64,000 nucleotides of DNA from Eledone cirrhosa (GCA_964016885.1 OZ024752.1:41416001-41480000), one strand, 5' to 3'. Positions 32,160 to 48,285 are shown, counted from the stretch's first letter. Notes: a model not told the origin generated them from the sequence alone. Numbers and translations are program-made.

Positions 32160-33750
32160 ATACACATATACACATACATATACACATACATAGTCCTACA
32201 TACAGATACATACTCCTACACACACATACATACTCCTACATATACACACTCCTACATACACATACATAGTCCTACATACATACACACACACACATACATA
32301 GTACTACACACACACACACATACATAGTCCTACATACTCACACACATACACATACATAGTCCTACGTACACACATACATACTCCTACACACACACACATA
32401 CACATACATACTCCTACATACACACATACATACTCCTACATACACACATACATAGTCCTACATACACACACACATACTCCTACACACACACACACACACA
32501 TACACATACATAGTCCTATGTACACACATACATACTCCTACACACACACACATACACATACATACTCCTACATACACACATACATAGTCCTACACACACA
32601 CATACATACTCCTACACACACACACACACATACACATACATAGTCCTACGTACACACATACATACTCCTACATACACACATACATAGTCCTACATACACA
32701 CATACATACTCCTACACACACACATACATAAACATAGTCCTACGTACACACATACATACTCCTACACACACACACACACATACACATACATAGTCCTACA
32801 CACACATACATACTCCTACACACACACATACACAAACATAGTCCTACGTACACACATACATAGTTCTACATACACACATACATAGTCCTATATACACACA
32901 TACATACTCCTACACACACACACACATACATACACACACACAGTCCTACGTACACACATACATACTCCTACATACACACATACATACTCCTACACACACA
33001 CACACACACATACACAAACATAGTCCTACATACACACATACATACTCCTACACACACACACACACATACACACACACAGTCCTACGTACACACATACATA
33101 GTTCTACATACACACACACACAGTCCTACGTACACACATACATAGTCCTACATACACACACATACACACACATACATAGTCCTACGTACACACATACATA
33201 CTCCTACATACACCCATATAAAGTCCTACATACACGCATACATAGTCCTACATACACACATACATAGTCCTATATACACACATACATACTCCTACACACA
33301 CACACACACATACATACACACACACAGTCCTACGTACACACATACATACTCCTACATACACACATACATACTCCTACACACACACACACACATACACATA
33401 CATAGTCCTACATACACACATACATACTCCTACACACACACACACATACACACACACAGTCCTACGTACACACATACATAGTTCTACATACACACACACA
33501 CAGTCCTACGTACACACATACATACTCCTACACACACACACACATACACACACACAGTCCTACGTACACACATACATACTCCTACATACACACATACATA
33601 GTCCTTCATACACGCATACATAGTCCTACATACACACATACATAGTCCTACGTACACACATACATACTCCTACACACACACACACACACATACACACACA
33701 CAGTCCTACGTACACACATACATACTCCTACACACACACACACACACACA
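32160..33750. repeat. Degenerate (CA/CATA) minisatellite with tagtccta/tactccta anchors
   Basis: Units of about 20-25 bp repeated throughout. Confidence 0.9.
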
Positions 33751-33872
33751 GTGCTACCCACACACATCAATCCATTTACTACACTATAGACCGCCATAAA
33801 AGACTCTAAAGTCGTTCTGCTGTCAAATTCCTTCTCTGCATTCATTTATCAAATAATGCATTTTCGTAGATT

Positions 33873-34872
33873 TACCGCCGCCACCACCACCACCACCACT
33901 ACCACCATTAATACCACAACCGCCAACGCCACTACCACCGCCACCACCACCGCCACCACCACCGCCACCAACGCCACCCTGCCTTACTACAACCACTACC
34001 ACCACTAATACCACCACCACCACCTCAACCCCACCACCACCATCACCACCATCACCACGACCACCACCTTACCATCACCACCACCACCACCAGCACCACA
34101 CCACCACATCCACCACCACCACCACACCACCACCACCACCACCACCCTGTCTTACTACTACCACTACCACCACTAATACCACAACCGCCACCGCCACCAC
34201 CACCGACACCACCACCGCCACCAAAGCCACCCTGCCTTACTACACCACTACCACCACTACTACCAGCACCACCACTTCACCCCCACCACCACCACCACCA
34301 CCACCACCACGACACCACCTCACCATCACCACCACCACCACCAGCACCACACCACCACATCCACCACCGCCACCACACCACCACCACCACCACCACCCTG
34401 TCTGACTACTACCACTACCACCACTAATACCACAACCGCCACCGCCACCACCACCACCACCAACGCCACCACCACCCTGTCTGACTACTACCACTACCAC
34501 CACTAATACCACAACCACCACCTCACCCCCACCACCACCACCACCACCACCACGACCACCACCACACCATCACCACCACCACCACCACACCACCACATCC
34601 ACCACTACTACCACCACCACCACTTCACCCCCAACCACCACCACCACGACCACCACCTCACCATCACCACCACCACCACCACACCTCCACCACATCCACC
34701 CCCACCATACCACACCCCCACCACCACCACACCACCACCACTCCCACCACCACCACCACACCACCACCACCACCACACCCCCCACCACTCCCACCACCCA
34801 CACCTCACCGCATCCCCAGCCCCACCCCCACCACCACCACCCCCACCACCACCACCTCACTACCACCACCAC
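33873..34872. repeat. (CAC)n low-complexity region
   Basis: Source of the poly-G, poly-V and poly-W ORFs. Confidence 0.9.
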
Positions 34873-34939
34873 AATATGACACACGTACACTTCTGTATTG
34901 TTTAATAAAATGGAAGTTCCTTGATCATTATTTTACATT

Positions 34940-35685
34940 GATTGGCAGTATCGGTAGAGGGTTGGACGCCATGCTTTCTAGCATAGAGTTACGTCCCTTT
35001 ATGATCTGAGTTCAAATCCCGCCGAGGTTAACTTTGCCTTTCATCCTTACAGGGTCGATAAAATAAAGTACCAGTAATGTACTGGGATAATTGCTGGCCT
35101 TGTGCCTAAAAGTAGAAACAATTATTTTACATATCTGTGAGTTCAAATCCCGCCGAGATTAACTTTGCCTTTCATCCTTACGGGGTCGATAAAATAAAGT
35201 ACCAGTAACGTACTGGGGTCGATTTAATTGACTCTCCTCCTCCCCTCCCCCTCCCACCCCCACCAAAATTACAGGCCTTGTGCCTATACTAGAAATCATT
35301 ATTTTACATAGGGCGGTGGCAGGCAGTATCGGTAGAGGGTTGGACGCCATGCTTTCCAGCATAGTTACGTCCCTTTACAGTCTGAGTTCAAATCCCGCCG
35401 AGGTTAACTTTGCCTTTCATCCTTACGGGGTCGATAAAATAAAGTACCAGTAATGAACTTGGTAATTGCTGGCCTTGTGCCTAAAGTAGAAATCATTATT
35501 TTACATATATGTATCATCTAACGACAATATGACAAAGGTACGCCTCAGTATTGTTTGATAAAATGGAAGTTCTTTGATCGAGGTTGACTTTACCTTTTAT
35601 CCTTACGGGGTCGATAAAAATAAAGTACCAGTAATACACTGGGATAATTGCTGGCCTTGTGCCAAAAGCAGAAATAATTATTTTA
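34940..35685 (+). mobile_element. Cluster of four tRNA-derived SINE copies or fragments
   Basis: A-box TGGCAGTATCGG and B-box GAGTTCAAATCC; same body as 17690-18210. Confidence 0.85.
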
Positions 35686-35719
35686 CAAATGTATTTATCT
35701 TTTTTAAAAAGATTCGTAT

Positions 35720-35787
35720 TAGTGGTCCGCGGGATTTGAAATTATGAATTTAGTGGTCCGTGAGGTCCGAATGGTTGGCGACTGCTG
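35720..35787. mobile_element. hAT (Charlie-like) MITE terminal fragment
   Basis: Ends ggttggcgactgctg followed by atctaaac, and shares gtggtccgc subterminal motifs with the element at 38775. Confidence 0.45.
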
Positions 35788-36116
35788 ATCTAAACCACCT
35801 CACAGTGAAATACGCAACTGGGGGTTTATATACCCATTCACTTATAGTACTATCTTGATACGAACCTACTAATTTGCCTATTATTAGTCCTCCGGGGAAA
35901 CGCCTTCTCCATTCTGTCCGCCGGGGCTGGGGGGAGGCCAGCACGTGGGACCCCATTTGCTCACCATACAGAGAGAGATGGGGAGGGTGAGAGAGATGGA
36001 GGCGATGACAGTAGGAGTTCCGCTCTTCCACGTGCGGACTATATCCTTGTGGTAGCTATTTATATAGAGTTTTACTTTCATCGGTATTTTTTCTGTGTTT
36101 TCTTCTTTTTTTTTAG

Positions 36117-36297
36117 CCGAAGCTTGCCGATTGATCGAGCCCGAAGCAACCGTAAAGGGCAGCCATTATGTATGGAACAATACTATCGATTGTTTACATC
36201 CTACCGTGTACCTGGACTCAACAAAGATAATTTGGTGACCAACAGTACCAAACTGATGCCAGAACCTGAACATATCATTGTCATTTGCAAGAACCAA
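36117..36297 (+). CDS. ChAT: Choline O-acetyltransferase, internal 181-bp exon
   Basis: Polypyrimidine tract plus tag acceptor and gtaaga donor. Translates RSLPIDRARSNRKGQPLCMEQYYRLFTSYRVPGLNKDNLVTNSTKLMPEPEHIIVICKNQ, with the ChAT-typical GQPLCMxQY and MPEPEHxIV motifs. Confidence 0.96.
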
Positions 36298-36394
36298 GTA
36301 AGAAAACTAAATTCTTTCACATCAAATCTCCGAAGCTGTTTTATATTGTTCAAATAAAAGGATAATATTTATCTAACATCTATTTTTTTTACTC

Positions 36395-36960
<566 letters not shown>

Positions 36961-36965
36961 CACTC

Positions 36966-37006
<41 letters not shown>

Positions 37007-37039
37007 ATTTTTGTTGCTGTTGCTATTGTTTTTGTTGTT

Positions 37040-37070
<31 letters not shown>

Positions 37071-37481
37071 TTGCTGTTGTTGGTGTTTTTTTTTTCTTTG
37101 TACGTGTATTTTCTGTTGAAGGAGGATTCTTGAGAGAAGCTAACTTTCAACTAAATAAGTCGTACATCAGTTTTAGATATTTTTTTTTTTCGTTTTGAAG
37201 TTGTTGGGGGTTTTTTTGGGGGGGGGCGGTGGTGTAGAGGGTGCCAGATGGATTAGGATTGATGGAGTGGTGGTGCAGAGGATGCCAGAGATGCAGGGGA
37301 CGGGATGAAGAGAGTTATTTTTCTATATTTTTAGACAAATCTCAGAGTTTCTCTTTCATTTCAAATCCCCAAAACCTTTCTCGAAGTTGTCTTTTGCTTC
37401 TTGTGGTTTTTGTAAATTTATTTAAATATTTATTAATTTATTTTATTCATTTATTTATTTTTTTTTTTTATTTTTTTTTTT

Positions 37482-37545
<64 letters not shown>

Positions 37546-37780
37546 TCTATTTGTTTATTTATTTGTTTGTTTATTTTGCTTCAAGCCTAAGAACGAATTG
37601 AAGCGAAAGTAAAAAGTAGAGAGCTGTATATTGGTAGCATCCAGTAGCCAAACAGATTCCTTTGTCTTTGAATATAACTAATCTCTCTCTCTCTCTCTGT
37701 CTACCTCACTATCCCTCTCTTTCTATTTCTTTCTTTCTTTCCTTCTTTCTTTCTTTCTTTCTCTCTCTCTCTAGATCTCA

Positions 37781-37813
<33 letters not shown>

Positions 37814-38224
37814 ACTCTCTCTCTCTCTCTCTTTCTCGCTCTCTCTCTTTAGATCTCCATCTCTCTCTTTATATATATATATAACTATTTATATAGAACT
37901 CTCTTTCTCTCTATTTCTACCTCACTATCCCTCTCTTTCTCTTTCTTTCTTTCTTTCTTTCTCTCTCTAAATCTCTCTCTCTTTCTCGCTCTCTCTTTCT
38001 CGCTCTCTCTCTTTAGATCTCTCTCTCTCTCTCTCTCTCTCTCTTTATATATATATATAACTATTTATATAGAACTCTCTTTCTCTCTATTTCTAGCTCA
38101 TTATCTCTCTGTCTCTCTTTTTTTGTATTTATATATATGTATATATATATATATATATAACTATTTATATAGAACTCTCCTTTTCTCTATTTCTAATTCA
38201 CTATTCCTCTTTCTCTTCCTTTAT

Positions 38225-38303
<79 letters not shown>

Positions 38304-38774
38304 CTCCCTCAGTCCAATGTGCCATGAAATCTATGAACTTTTTTTTTTACTCCCTTTATATATATTTTCCATCCTTCCTTCCATCCCTCCATCCATCCTT
38401 CCTTCCTTCCATCCATTCAACCATCCTTCCTTCCTTCTTCAGTCCTTCCATCCATTCAACCTTCCATTCGCCATTCTCCATTTTCTGTGTAACCACTTCA
38501 GTTTTATCGTCTGCTTCGCTAGATACGAAACAACAACAAGGAGATTTCTTTACTGCGTTTCATAGGATTAGTTTTATGCTAGAAATATTGCTTCTTACAC
38601 AAGTATGAAGTCCGAGACCTTCAAAGATTCATTCAGATATACGTAGGATGTTGTTGCATTCATCATAGATTTATAGACCCCTACAAACATAAGCAGCAGA
38701 TTTGTTGAGTAGAGGAAATGCAAAGATATAAGTACATCTTTTGAAGTTTTAGTTAACAAAATCATGGTCTATGT

Positions 38775-39346
38775 CAGGCATGGGCAACCTTTTTCGAGAA
38801 GTGGTCCGCATGAGATATGACTCATCATCAGGTGGACCGCATCAGATATGACTCATCATCAGGCGGGCTGCATGAGATATGATTCATCATCAGGCGGGCC
38901 GCGTGAGATATGACTCATCATCAGGCGGGCTGCATGAGATATGACTCATCATCAGGCGGGCTGCTTGAGATATGACTCATCATCAGGCGGGCTGCATGAG
39001 ATATGACTCATCATCAGGCGGGCCGCATGAGATATGATTCATCATCAGGCGGGCTGCATGAGATATGACTCATCATCAGGCAGGCTGCATGAGATATGAC
39101 TCATCATCAGGCGGGCTGCAAGCGCTAATTTACATTCATGCTCACATTTTTAAAAAAGGGGTGGTAACTCAGGTTGTTTTGATTTGTTTCTTCAGAATTC
39201 GTACAAGTTGTTTTCCTCGATCGTAAAAATGATAGAAAGATAAATTACGACTGAAAATTTTGGGTAAAAAAATCAGAAAGATTTCACTTAGGTGACTTAG
39301 GCGAGCCATTGTGAAAGCTTCGCGGGCCGCAGGTTGCCCATGACTG
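38775..39346. mobile_element. hAT-superfamily MITE with an internal 31-bp tandem array
   Basis: TIRs CAGGCATGGGCAACCT / AGGTTGCCCATGACTG match at 15 of 16 bases. The 8-bp flanks gtctatgt / atctaggt resemble a hAT TSD. Confidence 0.85.
38810..39119. repeat. 31-bp tandem repeat, 10 copies
   Basis: Unit atgagatatgactcatcatcaggcgggc(t/c)gc. Confidence 0.95.
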
Positions 39347-40399
39347 ATCTAGGTGGTCACTCAATCTGCGAGAAATGGGAGTTAAATCTCTTTAAATCGT
39401 ACCCTGCTGTCTTAAAAAATTAAGAGTGTCAAATAATGTCTGAAATAGATAAATAGATAAATAAATAAATAAACATGATGGCCATGGCTGGAATGCTGTT
39501 AATAATTGTTTCTTATGCACAAGGTCAGCAATTTCGTGGGGAGGGGAAACTCGATTAAATCGACCCCAGTGTGTGATTGGTACTTTATTTTATCGACCCC
39601 GTATGGATGAAAGGCAAAGTTAACCTCGGCGGGGTTTGAACTCAAATCAATGCTGTTAATAATAAGTTTACTTGATTGGCGCTGCCTTTGGTCTAAGAAA
39701 CAATAATTTAGATATACATCAAATTGGCATTAACCTTCAGCATACTGCGGGCGACTAAATGCGCCATGTGAGTAACCTCCCTTTAATAGATATTGCTGTG
39801 TCAAGGGAAACAACTCATAAAAAATTACTAGCGTGTTAAATATCTTCATGTTTATGTTTTGTTGTTAATTGAACAACTGGATCAGCTGGATCAGCTGATC
39901 AGCTGGTCAGCTGGTCAGCTGGTCAGCTAAACGCACCAATGTCACTACTCCTTGATCGCTACTAAAAGTATGTCTCACTGTGACAGCGTAGAGAGTGCCT
40001 ATGTGTGCACTGCAGTCAGTGTTTCTGTCTTTGTTCAAAGACAGGACACACGGCTGGCTTGACCCAGGGAAAGATGACACAGCTGAACCTTGTAGATGCG
40101 AGACATGCAGGAGTTATTCCAGGCGGTGTCCTATTGGCACCGCTCTGATTAGATTACACTCTACTTGGTGACACATGACGCTTTGATAAATTACATATTT
40201 AGTATACAAGAGGTCACTGTTCTCTGCAATGGCGGTCGTGGCAGTTATCGGGCTGTGACCATTGGTGTACTTCTGGAAACCAAAAATCTGAGTTCAATGT
40301 AAGTTGAAAGCCTCCGCCTCTTATTGAACTCTGACATGATATTAGGTGTGCCAATATTGAGCCACAAATGTATTAACCCTAACTTCAACATTTCAACTC

Positions 40400-40494
<95 letters not shown>

Positions 40495-40617
40495 TTGGTA
40501 AGTGGACTGATAGATGGAGAGAGGATAGATAGATAGATAAATAGAGAGAGAGAGATTGGTAAATGGACTGGTAGATAGAGAGAGGATGGATAGATAGATA
40601 TATAGATAGATAGATAA

Positions 40618-40686
<69 letters not shown>

Positions 40687-40720
40687 ATTGGTAAATGGAC
40701 TGATAGATGGAGAGAGGATG

Positions 40721-40810
<90 letters not shown>

Positions 40811-41148
40811 CAGATAGATAGATAGATAGATAGATAGAGGGGGGAAGCTCAACAATAAATTGATGCAAAAACAATAATAATTACAAAAGAAAGATTAAAG
40901 CCTAAAAGATGCTTCGTGGCAGGGATTCAACTGGCAGAATTCCAACATGCAAATACTGTTCACTCCCATCTTGCCAGGAACGTAAAAATCCGGTTGTAAA
41001 TTCTACTTGTCTCCCTGTCTTGGAGACTGGAACCACTCGTTTTCGTTTCGATAATTACAGTGAACCGAATACTTTAGGTATGATGTAGCCAAAATTATCT
41101 TTCCTCAGCGCTTCAAACGAGAGCAACTCGTCTGAACAGAGTGAAGTT

Positions 41149-41235
<87 letters not shown>

Positions 41236-41368
41236 TCTGTCTGTCTTTCTTTCTTTCTCTCTTTCTTTTTCCCTTTCTTCTACATCTTTTTATCAAACAG
41301 TCACATCCTTCATCCATTTCTAACATTACTTGATATTCAAAATCGATCGATGTCTGGAATAATCATCG

Positions 41369-41510
<142 letters not shown>

Positions 41511-41765
41511 ATTCTCTCTCTCTGTACGTACGCCTCCACCCCATACACACACATTTATACGTGCTTGCATACATATATATTTATAAATATATATATATAA
41601 TTTGGATGTTCTACCATATATATATATATAGATACATATATATGTGTGTGTGTGTATGTATGTATGTATGTATGTATGTATGTATGTATGTATGTATGTA
41701 TGTATGTATGTATGTATGTATGTATGTATATATGTATATATATCCAGGGAGTGTAATGTGAAGTT

Positions 41766-41822
<57 letters not shown>

Positions 41823-41850
41823 AGTAGTTCCACAACAGTTAGTTCACCAT

Positions 41851-41893
41851 ACCGAGAACAAATGTTTCACCTTATTCGGATCCTCAGCTCGGT
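41851..41893 (-). ncRNA. Minimal type I hammerhead motif, family P
   Basis: Reverse complement reads ACCGAG-CTGAGGA-TCC(gaataa)GGT-GAAAC(attt)GTT-CTCGGT, with a perfect 6-bp stem I. Confidence 0.8.
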
Positions 41894-42281
41894 CTAAATG
41901 AAGTTGTAGGGAAAAGGAAAAACAACCGAATGAATACACAGGTGCAGAAAACAGCCACTTACCCTGGGGGAGGTACACCCACAATAGGTCAATGTACGGG
42001 AGATAACTGTGGATGTCCGGAATAAATTATACGAGTTTTTCAGAATATTATAGATTGTTAATGTTAGTCAATCTGGAGCTTTGTAATTATGTAATAGGTG
42101 TTTCCAGACGTGTGGACAGCGTGAAAAAAGTTCATTCTTTGAATTTAGGCAATCGTTATTACGTAATCTTCTCAGGATATTGAACCTTTCTTCAATGCAC
42201 AGCTCACATATATATATATATATATATTTGTATATTTATCTATCTATTTATTTATTCGTTTATTTATCTATTTCTCCGCAG

Positions 42282-42459
42282 TTATTTGTTTTGGACATCT
42301 TGCTGAATTTCTCACGTTTAACGGACGATGACTTATATACACAACTATGGCGTATAGCTAAAGTGGCTGAAGAAGGAGAGAAAAATGCTGAGCCAGTCGG
42401 TATTCTTACATCACTCCGACGAAACAAGTGGGCAAGTGCACGACAGAAATTAATGGAAG
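42282..42459 (+). CDS. ChAT: Choline O-acetyltransferase, internal 178-bp exon
   Basis: Acceptor tttctccgcag and donor gtttgt. Translates LFVLDILLNFSRLTDDDLYTQLWRIAKVAEEGEKNAEPVGILTSLRRNKWASARQKLME. Phase 0 start and phase 1 end match the neighbouring exons. Confidence 0.95.
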
Positions 42460-42788
42460 GTTTGTAGTACAAGTACTTATATACCTTTGATTTTTAGTCT
42501 TCTTTTGTTGTTGTTCTTTTTTGTTTTTGTTTTATTTTGTTTTTGTTTTTTTTTTACTGGTTTCATTTATTTGACTGTGGCAACTTTGAGGGACCTCTTT
42601 CAAGAGTTTATAGTCAATCATATCGTCTCTCCATTACCCATTAATTATATCGATTTGGTAACTATTTTATCGATCTATAATTTTATACAATCGTTAATTT
42701 GCAGTTGTAATCGCAATCCTGGATTTAAACTGGTTATCATATACGCAGAAATGGATCCAAGATCACACACTCACACACGCACACACAT

Positions 42789-42857
<69 letters not shown>

Positions 42858-42924
42858 AAAAAGTATAACCCCGACAGCAGAGCTCAAGCCGTTTCGACGG
42901 CTATTTCTGGACATATCTATCTAT

Positions 42925-43112
<188 letters not shown>

Positions 43113-43182
43113 ATACATAAGTTCGGATCTAGCTGTCGAAACGGCCGGAGCTCAGCCGTCGGGGTCCTGACTCTTTTCCTAT

Positions 43183-43255
<73 letters not shown>

Positions 43256-43262
43256 AGAACAA

Positions 43263-43462
43263 NNNNNNNNNNNNNNNNNNNNNNNNNNNNNNNNNNNNNN
43301 NNNNNNNNNNNNNNNNNNNNNNNNNNNNNNNNNNNNNNNNNNNNNNNNNNNNNNNNNNNNNNNNNNNNNNNNNNNNNNNNNNNNNNNNNNNNNNNNNNNN
43401 NNNNNNNNNNNNNNNNNNNNNNNNNNNNNNNNNNNNNNNNNNNNNNNNNNNNNNNNNNNNNN
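43263..43462. other. Assembly gap (200 N)
   Basis: Run of N; the sequences on the two sides duplicate each other. Confidence 0.99.
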
Positions 43463-43505
43463 AACGGCCGGAGCTCAGCCGTCGGGGTCCTGACTCTTTT
43501 CCTAT

Positions 43506-43581
<76 letters not shown>

Positions 43582-43609
43582 AACAAAAGATGGTTAAATG
43601 AGTTCCATG

Positions 43610-43680
43610 TATTTTATTATGCGCATTTCAAAAACAAATATCATCATGCAATAATATTTGTGTTTTCATCAGATAAAACA
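43610..43680 (-). ncRNA. Minimal type I hammerhead motif, family C-like variant
   Basis: Reverse complement reads TGTTTTAT-CTGATGA-aaacACAAATAT..ATATTTGTtttt-GAAAT(gcgc)ATA-ATAAAATA, with a palindromic GCGC loop. Confidence 0.78.
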
Positions 43681-43892
43681 GGAAGACATGATATGAAGGT
43701 TAAAAAACACTTGTGGATAGTTCAGTTTTAAATCCGATATCTGCATTGCTTTATTGTACTACAATAAAACTCACCTCCTACTGCTATTTATATATATATT
43801 GTTGGCATTTGTTTTGTTTTTTTTTTTGTTGGGTTTTTTTTGTTGTTTTTTTTCATATTTAATTTAATGTTGGTGTTTATGTCTTTTCACAG

Positions 43893-44104
43893 ACTCGGCC
43901 AATCGGGATTCGCTTGATGCTATCGAAAGATCTCTTTTTATTTTGAGCCTCGACAAAAAACCGCCTCTAACTTTCAATCACCAAAACAGTGTGGATGAAA
44001 CTCGTGAAAATCAAAGAGATGACGTATCTATGGCTCTACAAATGTTACATGGTCTTGGTAGCCAGGTGAACAGTGCTAACCGTTGGTTTGATAAAACAAT
44101 GCAG
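43893..44104 (+). CDS. ChAT: Choline O-acetyltransferase, internal 212-bp exon
   Basis: Acceptor tcttttcacag and donor gtaact. Translates DSANRDSLDAIERSLFILSLDKKPPLTFNHQNSVDETRENQRDDVSMALQMLHGLGSQVNSANRWFDKTMQ, including the choline/carnitine acyltransferase NRWxDK motif. Not in the ORF track. Confidence 0.96.
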
Positions 44105-44273
44105 GTAACTAAATAAAATTGTCACCTTTTTTTCATTAAATCTCTTTTAGTTTCAATAAAACGTTTTCTTTTTATCAATGGAAAACATTTTGTATATGTC
44201 AGTGTCATTGTGTGTGTGTGTGTATGTGTGTGTGTGCGAATGTTTATATATAATGTATATATCTATATATGCA

Positions 44274-44401
<128 letters not shown>

Positions 44402-44404
44402 TGA

Positions 44405-44453
44405 GATTCTACAGGACTAGAACTGTTTCATTCATTTGAAATCATCAGGAATC
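44405..44453 (-). ncRNA. Type I hammerhead motif, family A
   Basis: Reverse complement reads GATTC-CTGATGA-TTTC(aaat)GAAT-GAAACAG..CT-GTA-GAATC. Confidence 0.85.
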
Positions 44454-44740
44454 TCTGGGATTCCTGATGATACTCTGCTATGTATTGAGTACCTTACTTA
44501 CTGTGGTTACCTCCGATTCAACCCGGAATAACGTATATATATATATATATAAATTAGAGTTATCGTCCCCTACTTTTGCTCTTTACTCTCTTTACTCTTT
44601 GTTCTTGAATGTTTGGTTGGTAGAGTCCATAACACCAATCAAACCTCTTTTATAGCTCTGACGAATCCTACGGTTACGTAAGGAAGAAACATTGTAAGCC
44701 AATAAAAATCTTTTGATGTTGTAGACGCTCTTGTGTTCTT

Positions 44741-44808
<68 letters not shown>

Positions 44809-44895
44809 GTAAAAGGTAAACAGAAATAACAACACAATCGGTACAGTATATGAAAGGAATATATTAGGTTAACGCTTGATATGGCAGGAAGAGGG

Positions 44896-44931
44896 TCTTA
44901 ACGTTTCGGACGCTAGTCCTTCAGCAGAAGA
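44896..44931 (-). ncRNA. Degenerate loop-less (dimer-type) hammerhead motif, family J
   Basis: Reverse complement reads TCTT-CTGCTGA-a-GGAC(tagc)GTCC-GAAAC-GTT-AAGA. There is one core substitution, and the palindrome AACGTT replaces stem III. Confidence 0.6.
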
Positions 44932-45035
44932 AAGAATGAGAAATTAGAAAAATCGAAGGGACGGGTGGGGCGGACGGGGGGAATCGGAAAAAATGTTTTT
45001 AGAGAAAAATAACAGATCCATTCATGTTGATATAT

Positions 45036-45102
<67 letters not shown>

Positions 45103-45309
45103 TAACAGATTAAAGTTTAAGCAAAGAATCTCTGCTTTCACCCTTAACGGGATCTTCTGAAGATCCCGTTAAGGCTGAAAGCAGCGATTCTTTGCTTAAA
45201 CTTTAATCTGTTATTTTAATAAATATTTGCTCTACGGTTCTTATATATTTGATATATATTTATCCTTATCGAGCCCTCTTTGGATTTTAGTCTTCAAATT
45301 TATTATTAT

Positions 45310-45347
<38 letters not shown>

Positions 45348-45908
45348 ATAATAAACATATATAAAATTTCACAGCCCTAGCATCACTCCTTCATAGTCAA
45401 CCTATGAACCTTTTTCAGCCGACTTTCGTATGTACTATACCTGAAAAAAAATAAAAAAAATAAAAAAAATTAAAAAAATCTGGATGGTCACCGCTGGAAT
45501 GTCTTTGATCATAGAAGCTAAACAATATCGTCAATACAGCAAATGTCTCTTTATTGATTCCCTGCTGTATTAGTGATGTTATCATCCAACGGCTGAACAC
45601 AGCAGTTGATTCGCTATCGCTGACCTTTGTAAATGTTAAACATCACACAGAGACAGATTAGACTCGCCTAGGGTTAAGATTACATCACTCAACAATGACA
45701 TTTTTGGTTGATCATTGCGATCATTGCGTCGAAATGTGCATTAAAGGTATGTTAGACCGTTTGATTGTGAGAACGTGACTTCGTTATATTTACATGATGT
45801 TTGGGGAACGTTCCAGATTACAAAAAGACGTATGAACTAGAAAGAACAAAAAGAAAGAAACACTATGAACTGCTATAGACTGGCACTCTATATATATATA
45901 TATCAATC

Positions 45909-45960
<52 letters not shown>

Positions 45961-46084
45961 GCAGCATCATCAGCAGTAACTGCATCATTATCATTATCAT
46001 CATCAAGGATGTAGGCTAAAGGCTCAATGCATAGTTTTATTAACTGAGTTCAGCGTTTGTATCCCATGAGCTAGTATCTATCTA

Positions 46085-46146
<62 letters not shown>

Positions 46147-46418
46147 AATGTATATATATATATATATGTATGAATGTATATATATATGTATGTATGAATG
46201 TATATATATATGTATGTATGAATGTATATATATATATATGTATGTATGAATGTATATATATGTATATATATATATATATATATAAATATATATGTATGAA
46301 TGTATATATATATGTATGTATGAATGTATATATATATATATATGTATGTATGAATGTATATATATATATATGTAGGTATGTATATATATATATACATATA
46401 TATATATATCTAGGTATG

Positions 46419-46472
<54 letters not shown>

Positions 46473-46536
46473 ATAAAGAATAAGGATCCCATAACTCCTA
46501 TGTATGTATGTATATATATATATATGTGTAGGTATG

Positions 46537-47252
<716 letters not shown>

Positions 47253-47443
47253 GGTTTGAGGTTCACCACTGTATAGAGCTGGTCTATTCCGTATGGTCAA
47301 TCGTAATGCAATAATATAGAGAGTACTCAACGTAAAGCAGTTCAACCGTCTTTGTTTTTGTAGTTGGTGGTGCTATTACGGAGTTAAATATCATAATGAA
47401 ATGACAGGAGGCTGGATTTGTGTAAATCCTTGAAAGGTTTATT

Positions 47444-47501
47444 ATACTATGATCATTTCAATGACCGGGTTCCGTATGAATCCAGTGATATCATCAGGTA
47501 T
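47444..47501 (-). ncRNA. Minimal type I hammerhead motif, family F
   Basis: Reverse complement reads ATAC-CTGATGA-tatcACTGG..CCGGTcatt-GAAAT(gatc)ATA-GTAT, with a palindromic GATC loop. The element at about 47250-47570 is homologous to 19750-20060. Confidence 0.78.
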
Positions 47502-48184
47502 TCGAAATATAATACGTGAATGTAATAGATAAAATCCATGGGGCTGAAAATCGAGGACCCGAGGGCGACCGCTATTCTGTTCCTTCAACCTCAGCCGGTC
47601 GCCCTGCGAATACCGTAAAGAATTCTGTCCGACATCTTAACGGCTCTGCCGATTATATATACGTGTGTTTTTTTGGGGGGGCTTCTTTGTTTTTTTGCTT
47701 TCACAATTCCATTCCATTCCATAACTACATTCTTCTTACATCTTCCATTACTCTGTTGCTCAGATAATTTCTTTAAATGTCCTCCAAAGATAAACTTACT
47801 TTTCTTATACTTATGTTAAAATTCTTCTTCAATCTCGGCGTTGATTTCGACCAAAGAAGCGGCGTACGTCTACATTATTTAACAATACATTTCAGTATGT
47901 TCTCAAAACTACAGAAATCAACTGAAGAGCGATAACGAAGGGAGATAATCGAATGTTCGATCGTTTTTATCTATCAACCATAATTCCATTACCTTCTGCA
48001 TTATTCTCTTTATATATTCAAAGAGACTAACGGAATTGATCTGCTTCCTTCAAAATTGTTTCCAGTATATTCGTTCAACTCTAATTCAAGCTCGCTTTTA
48101 TGGTTTCTATTTTTAAACAAGAAAATGACGTTCGTTTATGTAATTTAATCTCTAGCTTTCAAATAAGTCCTAATCAAATGGTAC

Positions 48185-48285
<101 letters not shown>

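Noticed and set aside
38810-39119. 31-bp repeats as a CRISPR array or as tandem hammerheads (minus strand has CTGATGA plus a small hairpin)
   Set aside because: There are no unique spacers and the context is eukaryotic. No GAAA or stem III follows the CTGATGA.
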